From: Camelus ferus
Taxonomy: Eukaryota
Length of the DNA: 64,000 bases
Direction: 5' to 3'
Assembly (NCBI RefSeq): GCF_009834535.1
Contig: NC_045697.1
Span: 28,956,001-29,020,000 of the forward strand
A program made the position numbers and the translations under genes. Under the pieces are notes generated by a model. It saw only the letters and a program-made list of their open reading frames with translations. It ran no database searches and was not told the origin of the DNA. Positions 38,145 to 51,143 of the stretch are shown piece by piece (the stretch's first letter is position 1; every line of letters begins with the position of its first letter).

Positions 38145-38380
38145 CAGGTTTTAGCATCATCAGATGAATCTGAGTTTAAGTTCTTTCATGGCCTTTGGTT
38201 AGTTGTGTGACCAAAGGCAAATTATGTAGCTTTTCCAAATCCCTGCTTTCTGAAACATAAAATTGGAGATAATACAAATACTTTTCTCATGGGTTTCTGT
38301 GGGAATTAGGTGAGGTAAATGAGGGTTAAGAGCTTAACATTGGGTCTGGCACATAGTAGGCACTCATTAGCTGCTCTTAC
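38145..38380 (+). mobile_element. MIR SINE
   Basis: tagttgtgtgacc...tctggcacatagtaggcactca. Confidence 0.75.
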
Positions 38381-40624
38381 CACTATGACCAACACCATCA
38401 TCATCTATGAAATAGGAAAGGGCAAAAAGAATCAACCGTTTTACAGATGGGAAAAACCAGAGTTTTATATTCAACTGGTAAGAATAGGAAGAGAACTACG
38501 TCCCACCTGCTCGTTGATGAAGCTGTCTTTAGTCAGTAGCTCCCTTCTTCCATCGTTAAAATAAACCACAAAAGCATCCACACCCTCCTTTGGATGAATG
38601 TTAGAGTGGACGGAGGGTCTTCTACTCGGTGGTAGAATCCGGGACAGGGAGCCCTTCCTTTCCATGTGCAACCAGAGGGGGCATGCCGAGTGTGAGTGTG
38701 GCTGTGACACACAGTGTGCAGACGTTCCACTGCACAACTTGGAACCAGGAGAAATGGGATTATGCTGTTTACCAGATTGGCTGAACACAGCGTTCTGTCC
38801 CTGGTGAGGATGAAACCTTTGTTTATTTCCCCTGATACAGTCTGATCCAGCACTAGAAGTGGGATTTTGTTTTGTTCTGTTTGCTTTTTAACAACAAGAA
38901 GGAATGAATGTGGGTTTGGGAGTGGGAGTGAGAGAAAGAATCCCAGTATAAATATCGGATTGCAGGTTCTAAGAGAATAAAAATTTTTGCTTATAAAAAT
39001 AAAAATTTTGCAATAAAACATACCAATACTCAAATTTATTGATATATACCAGTAAAATAATATACTGTGATTCACTTTGAGCAATGGCCTACAAATACTT
39101 ACATTTTTATGACAGTGTAGCATAATGATCTGCATTTTCCAAACTTTAAAATTATAGTATATTTGTTAATAATGTTATTAAAATCTTATAAACCCGGAAT
39201 GGCAACAATTTATATTATTCAATATTCCGTTACAATCATTTGCAATGTGTAGTTGTATCTTTGTAGAATGGCAATTAATGTGTATATACTATTTTGTGTA
39301 CATATTTTTTCATTTAACATTATTTTCTGAGCAAATGTTCATGTTTTCCCATGGTGATACTCATTTTATGGCTAAGTATTTCATTGCTTGAGTAGATGCC
39401 GTGAATATCTAAATGTTTTTGCCTTTATCTTATTTCTCTGGGGTCTCTTCAATAGATGTTTATACCTTGGTCAGAAGGTATACATATTTCATAATTCTTA
39501 TCAAAGTTATTCAATACTTAACCTCTTGATGTTGTTTTGGTCCCCATCCGTTCTTAGGATAGTTCTAAAATAATAATCTCCTTTAAAGTTAGCTTTAATT
39601 GATAATCATTTACTAGAACAATGTAAAGATTAGAATAATTCTCACAAGGCAAAGGGACTAAAGTAACTTTATTGAGCCTCTACTAGGGGCAGTTTGTATC
39701 TCTCTAAGCAATACGCATGGATTTAGTTAATAAGTGGGAAATCTGGGCTTTAAACCTTATCAGTCTAGCTCCAGAGTTTATGCCCTAGACCACTGTCTGT
39801 TTTGCTAAAACTAACTCAGTTCTTAAAGACTCTTCTAAGGCATGTGTAATTAACCCCATTTTACAGAGAAAACTGAAGCCAAGAGGGTTTAAATCAAGAG
39901 CTCAAACTGAGGTATATAGATGCGGTCAATACCGGACGACAGTTTTTTCCTCCACTCTCTCATTTTGCTTATAATATATAGCTCTCTCAATCTCTATTAA
40001 TAGTCATGGTTATAAGAACTCTTTTAGTTTACTTTTAACCCAATGATGAGAAAAAGACCACCTCAGGAATGACAATTAATGAAATGTTACTAGTGAGAGT
40101 CGAAGTCTCTCAATTAGACAACACAAACAATTTAAAATGGAAAATGAACATTCTTGTTGAAGTTCATAGGTAAAGTGGCTGTAGGTAATGTTTAAGGCAT
40201 GACTTTGTCAGGCCTGCCTGTGGTTCAAACAGTTAAGTCACTTGAGTTCCCAGCCTCTATTTCTTCATCTTTAAAATGGGGACAATAACATCTACCTCAT
40301 CACATTGTATAGAGAGGTCACGCACTGAAGCACATGTAACTGCTCAGTAAGTGTTACCCACCATGAAACATTATTATGATGATGATGATGGTCCCATAAC
40401 TCTCATCATTGTTCTGTTCCTTTAGAAAATAGAACCGCAAAAGAGTATATAAATTAAAAAAAAAAAAGGCAATTAATGTCAAGTATCACTCGGCTTCTGT
40501 ATCAGAGAGAAAATAGGGAACAGTGGCAGAAGCAGTAGGGAGCTGCAGAATTCACGTCTCATCTCAGGGGACTGCTTACCCCTGCTAAGTGCTGCCACGT
40601 GGGACAGCATGCCCAGTATGGCCA

Positions 40625-41148
40625 GGTACATCAGTTAGCTACTGCTACATAACAAACTATGCCAAAACTCAGTAGCTTAAAACAATTAGCATTGATTATT
40701 TATCCACAATCTGTGGATCAGGTGGGTGGTTCTAGTCTTGGCTGGATTCACTCATGCAGGTGTGATCAGCTGGCAGGGTAGCTCTGGGTTGGCTTTCCTG
40801 AACTTGGATAGGCTCTTTCCTGTCTTGGCTTGGACAACCGAGATAATTTATCTTTGTTCGATATGATCTCCCATTTTCCAGTAGGCCAACCCAAGCTTGT
40901 TCACATGGGGTCTTAGCAGGTTTCTGAGAGATGTGTCCAAGGCCTCTTAGGTCCAGGCCCAGGATTGGCACACTGTCATTTCTGTCATACCCTATTGGCC
41001 AAGGCAAGTCACAAGGCTGATCCAGAGGAAAAGGGTACGGATACAAACTCCAGCCCTTTTATGGGAAAAGCTGTAGGGTGACACTGCAAATTGTGTGGAC
41101 AAAGGGAGGGGTGAAGAACTAAGGCCCTTTTAGAGATCTATCTGCTAT
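40625..41148 (-). mobile_element. MLT1 (G/H-like) MaLR LTR nested in a MER102-like element
   Basis: tcagttagctactgctacataacaaac...ggcacactgtcatttctgtcataccctattggccaaggcaagtcacaagg. The flank gagaagccagacatctagatctttatgtgaaatc is MER102-like. Confidence 0.82.
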
Positions 41149-42246
41149 ATCCAATATTCCAAGTTTCTAGGAGAAGCCAGACATCTAGATCTTTATGTGA
41201 AATCTTCCTGAGTATTAAGTATTAGCAACTAATTTACAACTTTTAAGACAGTGGTAGGCCAACACTCTGTGGCTGAACATGTCACCTCTGGGCTGGATGT
41301 GGTCTGTGGGCCCTTTGCAACCTCTGGTAAATAGTTTGTTCCTGTTTCCACCGTCATTGGCTGAGAAGGAGATTTGACCCTGGGGCTGTCTTAACTTTAG
41401 GTCCACATTCATTCAGCAAACATTTGCATGCCTTCCAAGTACAGGCTTTGACAAACAAAGATAAATAAAGCATAAAACCTTCCTTGAAGGGAGTTCAGTT
41501 CAAAAGTAGGGAACAATATGCAAATAAACATTTAATTCATGTGATTAAATGCTACAGATTGATTAATGTAACTCTGGGTCTCTCTCTCTCTCTTTGCCCT
41601 TTTATACATACCACACTTTGAAGGTGGGGCAAATGATCTCACTGTTAAATTTGGGGAAAACACCTGGGTATGTTTGGCTCGGTCCTTTTCCGTATACTCT
41701 TGGGGCCAGGCCTGGCCAAGGAGAGTGCATGTTCTCTGACCCTTCCTGCTGAAAACTCTCCCAGAGCAGGTGCTGGCCTCTATCCACCCCCTGCCCCTGG
41801 TGAGCACTGCTGAGAATGGGTGGGAAATCCACCTGATTCTGGCATCCAGGAAGCAAGCTCATTTAACCCATAGTTTTAGGAGACTAAGCCATGTCCTTCC
41901 AGCCAGCTTTATCAGTAACAAAGGTGACATCTTGGCCTCCAGCTTTCTCTTCTATTTTATTTCTTAACTTGTTCAGACCCAGGTAGGGAAGAGAAATATT
42001 ATTCATTGAGGGACAGCCTCAGAGGCCTCAATGGTACTGTGGTTACGATTAGAGTGCGTATATGTACACACTCTATAGCCTTCTCTACATACAGACACAG
42101 ACACACACATGGCACTGTGGGGACCCTGACTGCTCATACCTTCACCATGCTGCCTCCCAGAACTCAGCCTTGAGTCTGAATGTACCTAAGTGGGGATGTA
42201 AGTCTCACGTTCAAAGGAAATAGAAATGTTCTTAATCCAAATAAAA

Positions 42247-42508
42247 CCCCAAACACATTCTATGAAGCCACCATTACCTTGTTACCAAAACCAGACAAAG
42301 ACACTACCCAAAAAGAAAATTATGGCCAATATCTCTGATGAATATAGAATAGATGCAAAAATTCTCAACAAAATATTAGCAACCTGGATCCAATAGCATT
42401 AAAAAATACCATACAGTACAATCAAGTTGGATTCATCCCAGGGACACAAGAGTGGTTCAACATACACAAATCAACACGATGCACCACATCAACAAAAGAA
42501 AGGACAAA
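42247..42508 (+). mobile_element. Isolated internal L1 ORF2 reverse-transcriptase fragment
   Basis: With frameshifts encodes FYEATITLLPKPDKDTTQKENY / PISLMNI / DAKILNKILA / QVGFIPGTQEWFNI. Confidence 0.92.
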
Positions 42509-45500
42509 CAAAAGCTGGCATGGAAAGCATGGGGCAGCACTTCCTATCGCATTATGAAATTACCTGTTACATATATATTTTTCATTTCCTCTGATACTTT
42601 TTTTGTGTGTGTCTATTTTTTTTTTTTTTTATTGAAGTATGGTCTGTTACAACCTGTTATATTTTGACACATAATTTTCCTTTTGGGAGTCTCTCTAGAT
42701 TTCATCTGCTTTGATCCCACTCTAGTTTCTGTTCCCACGTTGCTACCAAAGGCTTATGTTTCCCAAGAGAAAGTGGGTTTGATTTCAAAGGATTCCTTAG
42801 GCTGCCTCCTGGGTCTGAGAATGTCATGCGCTTACTCACCAAAGGGGTTCTGACCACCTGCCATGTGGTGGGTGCTGTGCTGGGTTGGGGGCGGGGGTGA
42901 CAACGGAACAGGGAGCTGCATCCCTGCCCTCAGCGAGCTGCCACCTCCCAGGAAAACATGAAGCCAAGCGAGGAAAGTGGGCATCCTGAGTGTGCCAGGG
43001 CGCAGGGCGGAGGAAGGCATTAGGGCTGCGGTTCTCAGTGTCAGGCTGAAATTGAGGAACCCTCTCTTTTGTTCTGACCATTTTCATCTTTCACAGTGTT
43101 TGCTTTTTTCCCCCTGGTAATGCTCCTTGTCTGCTGTGTTGTGAAGACAGTTTGAGAGGAACCTTCCAACCACCCTTTGATCATTTTCCATCTGTCAATC
43201 TTGAGTGCTGACTATCGGGTGGTGCAGCTTGGGGAAGCCCATCTTCCTTACGAGCCACAGCTAGAAGTTCACCCGCTCGCTCTCCTGAATTCTCTTTGCC
43301 CTTCCTCCAACCTGTGTGCTGTGGCCAACACAGGGAGGAATTGAGTCCCATGGAAGGAATTTTCTTTCTCTCTAGCAGTTTGGCAAGATAGGCTTGAGAA
43401 GAAAGCCACATCAAAAGAGGAGGCTGCTGCCGCCCTTAGGTACCACTGTACGTCTGAGTCAGTCAGAGCCCTGGTTTCCACAAGGCGCCTGCAGCAATCT
43501 CGGGGCAGTTAATATTTTCCATTCACAAAGGTATCCGTGACCATTTTACAGTACATGTGTAAGAATCCCCATGACACAATGCCACCCATATCACCTCATG
43601 TTGACAAATCAGTTCTGCGCCCACAGCTGACTTTGGTTAATTAGCACTGTAACGTTCTAGATTCATTCTTTGACCAGGAGACATTATCTGGGGAAGTAAA
43701 ATCCATGGAGTCAGATGACCTGAGTTGAAAACCCTAAATATCTTTAGGGAACTTATTAAACTTTCTAAATATCAGTTTCTGGTTCTATGAAATAATAATT
43801 TTATCGTGTGAGATAATGTTAGTACCCACCTCACAATGTAAATAAGTTTAAATAAAGGTAATGCGCTTACCATGTGGGTGGGTCACATGGAGACACAGTA
43901 AAACGTTCTCCTCTGTTAATTCTGGGGCATCTTCAGTCTTGCTGGTGACAGAGAAATACAAGAGGTAAGAAGATGTACCACTTGGTCTGAAATAGGTTGC
44001 CCACAGTGCATGGAATGTACTTTGCCCCAAGTACATTGGAAATTGCCTCCAGTACATTGAAGTTTCCCAGTCCAGTAAGGTCTTTGTGAATTGGTCCAAG
44101 ACCTTAAACAAGCCAGGCACAGAGCTGCTGGTGTCTCTTCTCATCCTGGAGGCAGGGATCCGACTGCCCAACACACCTGGATGAAGCAGGAGAAACTGTA
44201 CCCCAAATACTGTAGGCTGAAGCGCCAACCAGACAGAGATCTCGAGGGACATTTTTAGGAGAAGGCTCTGAGGTCAAGTTGTTGGAGAAATGGCAAAAGG
44301 GAGAGAAAAACGAGAGAGTGAAAGTAGAGAAGGTTTGACTGGACCCTCGCGCTCTGCCTGATTTTCCCTTTTTTTCCCCACCTCCTTGAAACTGGGAAGG
44401 AGACGCTCCCTGGCTGTGCTGGAGCTGCTTTAGGAAGGTGAACACAGCACACGTCTAACCTCTCATTTGGACCCTTACCGACTGTGAGAGAAACTTGTCC
44501 CAGGAAGGGGATGGGCGCACGAGTGCACAGAAGTGCTCACTGGAGCTTCTGTCTCAGAAAAGGGTGAGGAGTGCCTGGTGGGCTGGCCGGCGGCCCTGCA
44601 GTGGGGAGGCTTTTAGCATCTCATGGTGCTGTGGGAGGATGGAGCCAGCTGCGCTTACGGAGAACAGAACACCCCTCCTCTTTACATTGATTTAAGCTGA
44701 TTTTCACTGTCGGGTTCTTTAATAAAAGCTCTGGGAGTGGGTTGCCATGGTTATGCTGGTTTTAACAGTTAGGAAATTAGGGCTAAGTGGCTTCCCTCAG
44801 GCCCTCCAGCTTTTAGCTGCTGCATTTGGATTTTTAACTTCTCCGGGAGACGCTGCTCTGCAGGGGGGGAAAGGATCGCAGATGGGCGTGTCTGAGGAGC
44901 CACTGGGGAGGCGGGTGAATTTGATTTGAAAGAATTTATGCTTTATCCATAGACAAGAGGTAGAAAGGGTGATAGTCCGGGGAAAGGGCTTTTAGAGTCA
45001 AGGGAAAGGGCTTTGGCGGAATCTCAGCTTTGTCATGTACCAGCGATGTGACCTTAAGCAGACGATGTGACCAACCTCTTGGAAAAGTAGGGACTCTCCA
45101 GTACGCACTTCAGAGACAACGGCGTGCACTCATAGGGTTAAAGGAGATGGATGATATGCGACCCATGGGAAGCTCCCAGGGAGCGTTATTTCACCAGGTC
45201 CTTTCTCTGCCGGTATCTCAAGGGCTCCTAGAATAACCCCAGATGCTGGTGTCCATGGCATCTAGTTTTCAGGAGGAGAGAACTGGAGCAGTTGCTCAGG
45301 GACCTCCTCCGCTGGCCTTTAAGACTGACACGTGCCTTCTCTGACTTCATCTCCCTCCCTTGCCAAGCCCAGGCTTCCTTGTACCGTCTCTACTCTGCAA
45401 CCCTCTCCCCTGGCTTTTCATGAGACCAGCTCCTTCTCCTCCTTTGGGTTTCAGCTAAGGTCACCTCCTCGGAAGGACTTTTCTAATCAACCTCCCTCAA

Positions 45501-45684
45501 TACTAGTCAATCTCTATCACTTTGTTTACTTTCTTTAACTGATACACTATGGTCGGCAATGATTTTGTTTATTGTCTTTAAACAACTCATCATCATCTGA
45601 AGTCATCATGTTTGTTATTCAACTTCCCCGACTAGAATGCAAGCTTCTATTTTTCTTACTATTCTCCTTGGATTGAACCTAATC

Positions 45685-46080
45685 TTGGGGCCCCTCTGGA
45701 GTCTTTGGTGGGCATTTGAGCTCTAAGGATTTAGATAGAAAAAACTCGCATCTTTATTTTTTCTAACCCCTAACTGAAATTTAGCATTTCCTTCCATCGT
45801 GAATGTCGGCAACAAACCACAGCCATATGAATTGTGCTCGAGACTTTGTCACCGACTACTGTTTTATAGATATCTTCAAATGTCACTTATGCTGGCTGCT
45901 AATATGAAGTCACAGTATTTCTTAAACCCACTGCTAGGTCTTATTATTTAAGGCAATAATAAAGAAACGTATACGTTACCTTATCACAATTTTAAAATAG
46001 TTTGGTAACTATTCCAACACACTTGGTTTCTTTTATAATTTTCTGTGTTTATTTTATGCATTTAGAAAGCATTATCCTGG
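45685..46080. mobile_element. Charlie4-like hAT fragment
   Basis: taactgaaatttagcatttccttc...ggcaacaaaccacag...ttttattttatgcatttagaaagcattat. Confidence 0.65.
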
Positions 46081-46217
46081 GATATAATTCAACCCGTAAC
46101 AGCCCTCTTTCTCTATCTTCACAGCCAGCAGTGGCAGATGGAGTCTCTCTCAAGTCTTAAATCTCTTTTGCCTCCTCTTCCATCTTATCTCTCTGGCTAA
46201 ACTCTTCTTTCACTTTT

Positions 46218-46453
46218 TTTTCTTTTTTCTTTTATTGGAATATAGTTGATTTACACGTTGGATTAGTTTCTGGTGTACAGCACAGTGATTCAGTCATACA
46301 TATATATGCATATTCTTTTTCATATTGTTTTCCATTATAGGTTATTACAAGATATTGAATATAGTTCCCTGTGCTATACAGTAGGACCTTGTTGTTTATC
46401 TACTTTATATTTAATAGTTTGTATCTGCTAACCCCAAACTCCCAATTCCTTCC
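46218..46453 (-). mobile_element. L1 3'-end fragment inserted into an MLT1 LTR remnant (~46090-46645)
   Basis: T tail + ttattggaatatagttgatttac, perfect 12-bp TSD TCTTTCACTTTT (46206-46217, 46454-46465). Confidence 0.9.
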
Positions 46454-47010
46454 TCTTTCACTTTTAAGGGCCCATTTGATTACAATGAACTCACTTGGAT
46501 AATACTGGGTAATCTCCATATGGGGATAATCTCCTGGTATCAGTTCCATTCAGGAGGTCTTTTTTTGTCATATAACATGGCACAGCACAAGCTCCAGGGG
46601 ACAGAGCACGGACATCTCTGAGGGGCCGTTATTCTGCCTACCATAACTGTAATATTCTTTTCAACCCTGTTTGTATTATGCTGGGAAAAAGAGGAGGTAC
46701 AATTATATCTACTGTATCTAACTATAGTGGTGAGGTTTAAGTGAAATAAGTAAACTGATATAAAGTGATATTTATGTAAAATTCATCATCCTTAAAAAAA
46801 AAGACAAAACAAAACAAAACTTTAGCGTGAGAAAGTGGTCCACAGTTTCCTGACAGATTTCTAATAGAGATCACAGCACAAAAAAAGGCTATTTATCTCT
46901 GTGACCTAGAACAGTGATTGGCATATGGAGGAGCTTGATAAAAAATGAAAAATATTTCTGAATGAATGAATGAGTTCAATGAAGGGAGGTGGAGAAGGAA
47001 ACAGTGACCT

Positions 47011-47940
47011 TGGAACTGAGCAGAACCCTATCAACCCCGCCAAGTACAAAAGGCCCCTCCATGTCCCCAGGCCTGGATCTGTGGCGAGCACAAGTCTGAG
47101 AACTGGCCTTAAGAGAATGAGATTAATACTGTTGCGCATAGTAACCTGTATCTTTGTGGGCATCAAAATAGTTGTAGCTTGTTCTGCCCGTATATGTCAG
47201 CAGGCACCTAAAACTGTCAGCGAAGAGCTGCTTCAACCCATGTCAATATATTTGACTCTAAGACCACGACACTCTTTCTCAAATTGATGTAGTTACAGAA
47301 GACAGAATTTCACCCAAAATCCCGTAGAAATGGGATGATATCTGACAGGGGGGGATTTGTAAGCAGCTCTTTGCAGAAAATCGCCCTCAGCAGGAAACCC
47401 GGTCTGCCTGTCACTCTAGCAAAGCTACATTGTAACTAACTCAGATGCTCTCATGTTCTGCTCATCTCCTGCTCTGCTCATCTCCTGCTCAAGCACATTT
47501 CAAATCTTTTGATCCACAATACCTTGCCTAGCCTTTTGGCTCTTTGCATAGATCAAAGAAGTAGAAACGAAGAATAAATATTTAACAGATGACCAGATCT
47601 CTTCCCTAGCTTCCCCTTTGGTAATCTCAGGAATAAACTTCGTGAAAAAATTGTGTGAACGAGAAAGCTTCTAAAGAAAAAATTGCAAGCCTGCACACAA
47701 TGAAGGATGGCAAGGACTCTGACCCTGTCTCAATGATTAACTGAGATTACTTCCCTTCTTCCCTTTAAACTCTTTCATGGTGGAGCAGAATCTTCCGAGA
47801 TGGTTTTATGGGGACCCTGAGTCCACCGTCTCCCCAGATTGCCAGCATTCTGATTAAAAGCAACGTTCCTTTCTATTAACATTTGCCCCTCTTGGGTATT
47901 GACTTTTGAGCAGCGAGCAGCTGGACTGAGTTCAGTAACA
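47011..47940 (+). mobile_element. ERV1-class solo LTR (~930 bp) inserted in L2
   Basis: TG...CA ends (tggaactgagcagaaccc ... ttcagtaaca), TATA-like ctttaaa at 47763, ATTAAA at 47853-47858, 4-bp TSD acct/tcct. L2 sequence resumes on both sides. Confidence 0.82.
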
Positions 47941-48450
47941 TCCTAAGCAGAGGAAACAGCATTCAAAGGCTGGGGGCTCTGTTCTTTGTTATAGAAAAAG
48001 AAAAACTATCTGGTACAGTTTGAGCTTTGAGAGCTGGGGGGAGTGTTATGAGCTAACACCAACAAGGTAGCCTGTCTGAACTTCATCCTGGGGCAGTGGC
48101 AGGCTGATAGGAGGTATTAGGCAGGGCAAGAATAATGATATTTGGGTTTTTAAAAATCCCTGTGGCTGCCAAGAGGAGAGGAAAATGAAGAAAGTAAGTA
48201 TAGATGTCAATTACGAGGCTACTGTAGGTGGTTTGAAATAGGCTGGGGGTGGAGGTAGAAAGAGATGGATGGATTTTGAGAGCAATTTCTGAGACGAAAT
48301 AGACACCACTTGAGGGCCGATTAGAAGTAGGAGGGGAGGGAAAACAGGAAGCACAGAACGACTGTGGCTTTCCTGCCTGAGTCCCTAAGTGATGATGGCA
48401 GGTGGCTGACTGAGAGCAGGGACACAATGGGAAGGCGGAGCAAGGAATGC
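47941..48450 (-). mobile_element. L2 fragment
   Basis: aagcagaggaaacagcattcaaaggc...ggaggtagaaagagatggatggattttgagagc. Confidence 0.75.
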
Positions 48451-48849
48451 GGGCAGGTCCCCGGGCACATGAAGCTGCAGGTAATAGTGTTCTTATTTTG
48501 CTCAGCCTGGCTTTGCTAAAATGTCTTGTAACTAGAATGGTGGTTTGAGACCCCAGTTTTAGTCCTAGTTCGGCCACTGACTTGCTTCCTCAGGCACCTC
48601 TCTCCACTTCTTTGTTTTCTCACCTGAACAATGGAGCTATTGGCACTTGGTCCTGCGACGACACTTCACGTGCTGGAGTGACGCCCTTCTCCCACCTGCT
48701 TTCCTCCGGTCAAGTCAGGAACATCTGAGCCCTTGACTTTGCCAAAGGCATCTCAGAGTTAATGATTCTTCTCTAAGCCTTGAACGATAGTTAGGGTCTC
48801 ATAGTAATATCATGATAAAATTAATTAATATTATTATTACTAATAAAAG

Positions 48850-49090
48850 CTAATCCATATTGATCTGTCATCCTATCTCACACACTCTGCTGAGTGCTTT
48901 ATGCACATTATTCCTTTTCATTCTCTATGATAACACTGTGAGGTGGACATTATTATTATATCCAATTTACAGATAAGGAAATTGAGGCTAGGGGTTTAAA
49001 TTACTCCCCCAAAGTCACACAGTTGTAGGTGGTAGAGCAGAAATTGGAACTCATGCAGTGTGACTCTAGAGTCTGTGCCCTTAATCACTA
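48850..49090 (-). mobile_element. MIR SINE
   Basis: ccaatttacagataaggaaattgaggct...aaagtcacacag. Confidence 0.82.
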
Positions 49091-50054
49091 CATATCCCTG
49101 CTTTCTTGGATTAATCACTGGTGTTCGCAGGAGTTATCCTGACCGCTAGGGCCTAGATTGAATCAGATCGTCTCTCCACTCCATACCTGGTGTGATGAGA
49201 TGCCCTCCCTGAGATGTCTGTGAATTCAGGTGGGCTTGTGTTGCCATGGCAATCTGGCTCGGAGCTCCTGCTCTGTCAGCCCAGCTACAGGACCCAGAGC
49301 CTCTCCTTGAGTTCTACCAAGCTTTTCACTCAAACAGGCCTTTATGTTTGTAGCACATGTTGCCAAAAGTCAAAAGATGGAGGGTTTATAACACAGAAAA
49401 ATGCACATTTAAAAAACATTGAATAATAGTTATCTCCATTTTCCCAAAGTCCCCCAGTGATTTTGCCATTGTATTAGTTAAGATTTAGGGCAAGCTGCTG
49501 AAATAAGATTCTTCCCTTGGCCTCCCCAACCCCTACCCAAAAAATACTTGGCTTTATCTCTCTTCCGTGTTTAAGCTGAGAGGCAGCTCTCCTTCCTACT
49601 GAGGTTAGAAGAAGGAACTTCAAACCACAGTTCCTTCTGTCTTGTTGCTTTGCCATCCCTGGCAGTGGCTGGTCCTCATGTGCATAGTCAAGGCCAGATC
49701 AAGCCACACCTATGAACAGCCCATTGGAAGGGGAGGGGTGAATACTGGTGCACAATAATCAGTTTATCAGATCATAAGTGGTAGGAATGGGAATGGAGGT
49801 TGAACTCTAGGCACAGAGACCCCTGAATGTTAGACCATGTAATTGGGGCTTTATTGGAAGACTACAGAGAAACATCACAGATTTTGAGCAGGCTAGCCAT
49901 GTCATCAGAGCCATGACTTAGCAGTGTCAATTAAGAGCCTGACCTGCTCCACCTTCTGAACTCACCATTGTAGAAAGAAATGTGGTAGATTTGAATTTAT
50001 AAGTTGTTACAATTTGGCTAACAGTATACATAATAAAAATGGCAATAGTAGTAT

Positions 50055-50175
50055 ACGTACATATGGAGAATGGAGAGAGAGAACTTGATTTTAAAGAATT
50101 GGTTCCCACCATTGTGGAGGCTCACAAGTCCAATATCTGGAGCATAGGCTGGCAGGCTGGAGACCAAGGGAAGTG
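50055..50175. mobile_element. MLT2 (ERVL) LTR fragment
   Basis: gagagagaacttgattttaaagaattggttcccaccattgtggaggct...ggcaggctggagaccaaggg. Confidence 0.7.
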
Positions 50176-50358
50176 GGGCAGACTGCGGCGTCCCACTGAA
50201 TCCTGTGCATGTCACAATGTTAGTATTTATTGCATTAAATCGAAAGATTACTTGTTTATGTGTACACTTTCTGCATTAGGCAGTATACTTTTGAAAACAG
50301 AGAATTCTTTTGAAAACTTTATTCCCTCAGCAACTGGTGTAGTTGAAGCTCAAAACTT

Positions 50359-50383
50359 TGTGTGTGTGTGTGTGTGTGTGTGT
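50359..50383. repeat. (TG)n microsatellite
   Basis: ~12 units. Confidence 0.95.
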
Positions 50384-51000
50384 TTGTGCCATGAATGGGA
50401 CCCATCTTCTGAAAAAGGCCCTCACCCCCCCATATCTACCTTGAGCTCCACCACGTCCAAGAAGTCTACCATGACTGCTGCCATCTTGAATGATCTCCAC
50501 CTAACAATCTGTAAGACTCTGTGACATCTTGAATCTGTACCACATGGCAGAGCATGAATTCATCCTCCATCTTCATTTCCTTAGACCTAAAACTTCTACT
50601 GATTAAGTCAAATCGAAATAATGAAAAATAAATTTAAAACATTAAAAAAGGTATCCTATCATCTTTGCAGTAACCACATCCATTTTAAATTTTTTTATAG
50701 TTTCTACTGAAATGATGTTTTTAAAAAAATTAATGAAAGAAATACAAATTCATTATAACATGTTTTGAAAGTGTAAGAGTATAAAGAGTAAAATAAACAG
50801 CATCCCTAATCCCATAACTCAGAGACAACCACAGTAACTTTTTGGTGCAATTTCTTACAGTCCCTTTTCTATGTCTGTATGTAGTGTATGAATTATTATA
50901 ATGACTAATATTCATTGAGTGTGTTCTACTCTAGGGCTCAAAATAGCCTAAGCTCATTTGCTTTTCAACAATCTTATGAGGAAAATGTAACCATTATCTT

Positions 51001-51143
51001 AAAAAAATTTTTTTAATGTATTTTTTTTTTTGGTTGGGGGGAGGTAATGAAGTTTACTTATTTTTGGAGGAGTGCTGGGGGTTGACCCCAGGACCTCATG
51101 CATGCTAAGCATGTGCTCTACCGCTTGAGCTCCTCCCTTCTAT
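51001..51143 (-). mobile_element. tRNA-derived SINE (Vic-1-like) inserted in a MIR
   Basis: Reverse complement gctcaagcggtagagcacatgcttagcatgcatgaggtcctggggtcaacccccagcac...cattacctcccccc plus A tail. attatctt flanks both sides. Confidence 0.9.

Noticed and set aside
38533..39135. 200-aa minus-strand ORF, the longest in the track
   Set aside because: Spans AT-rich low-complexity and unique sequence with biased composition; no domain or exon signature.
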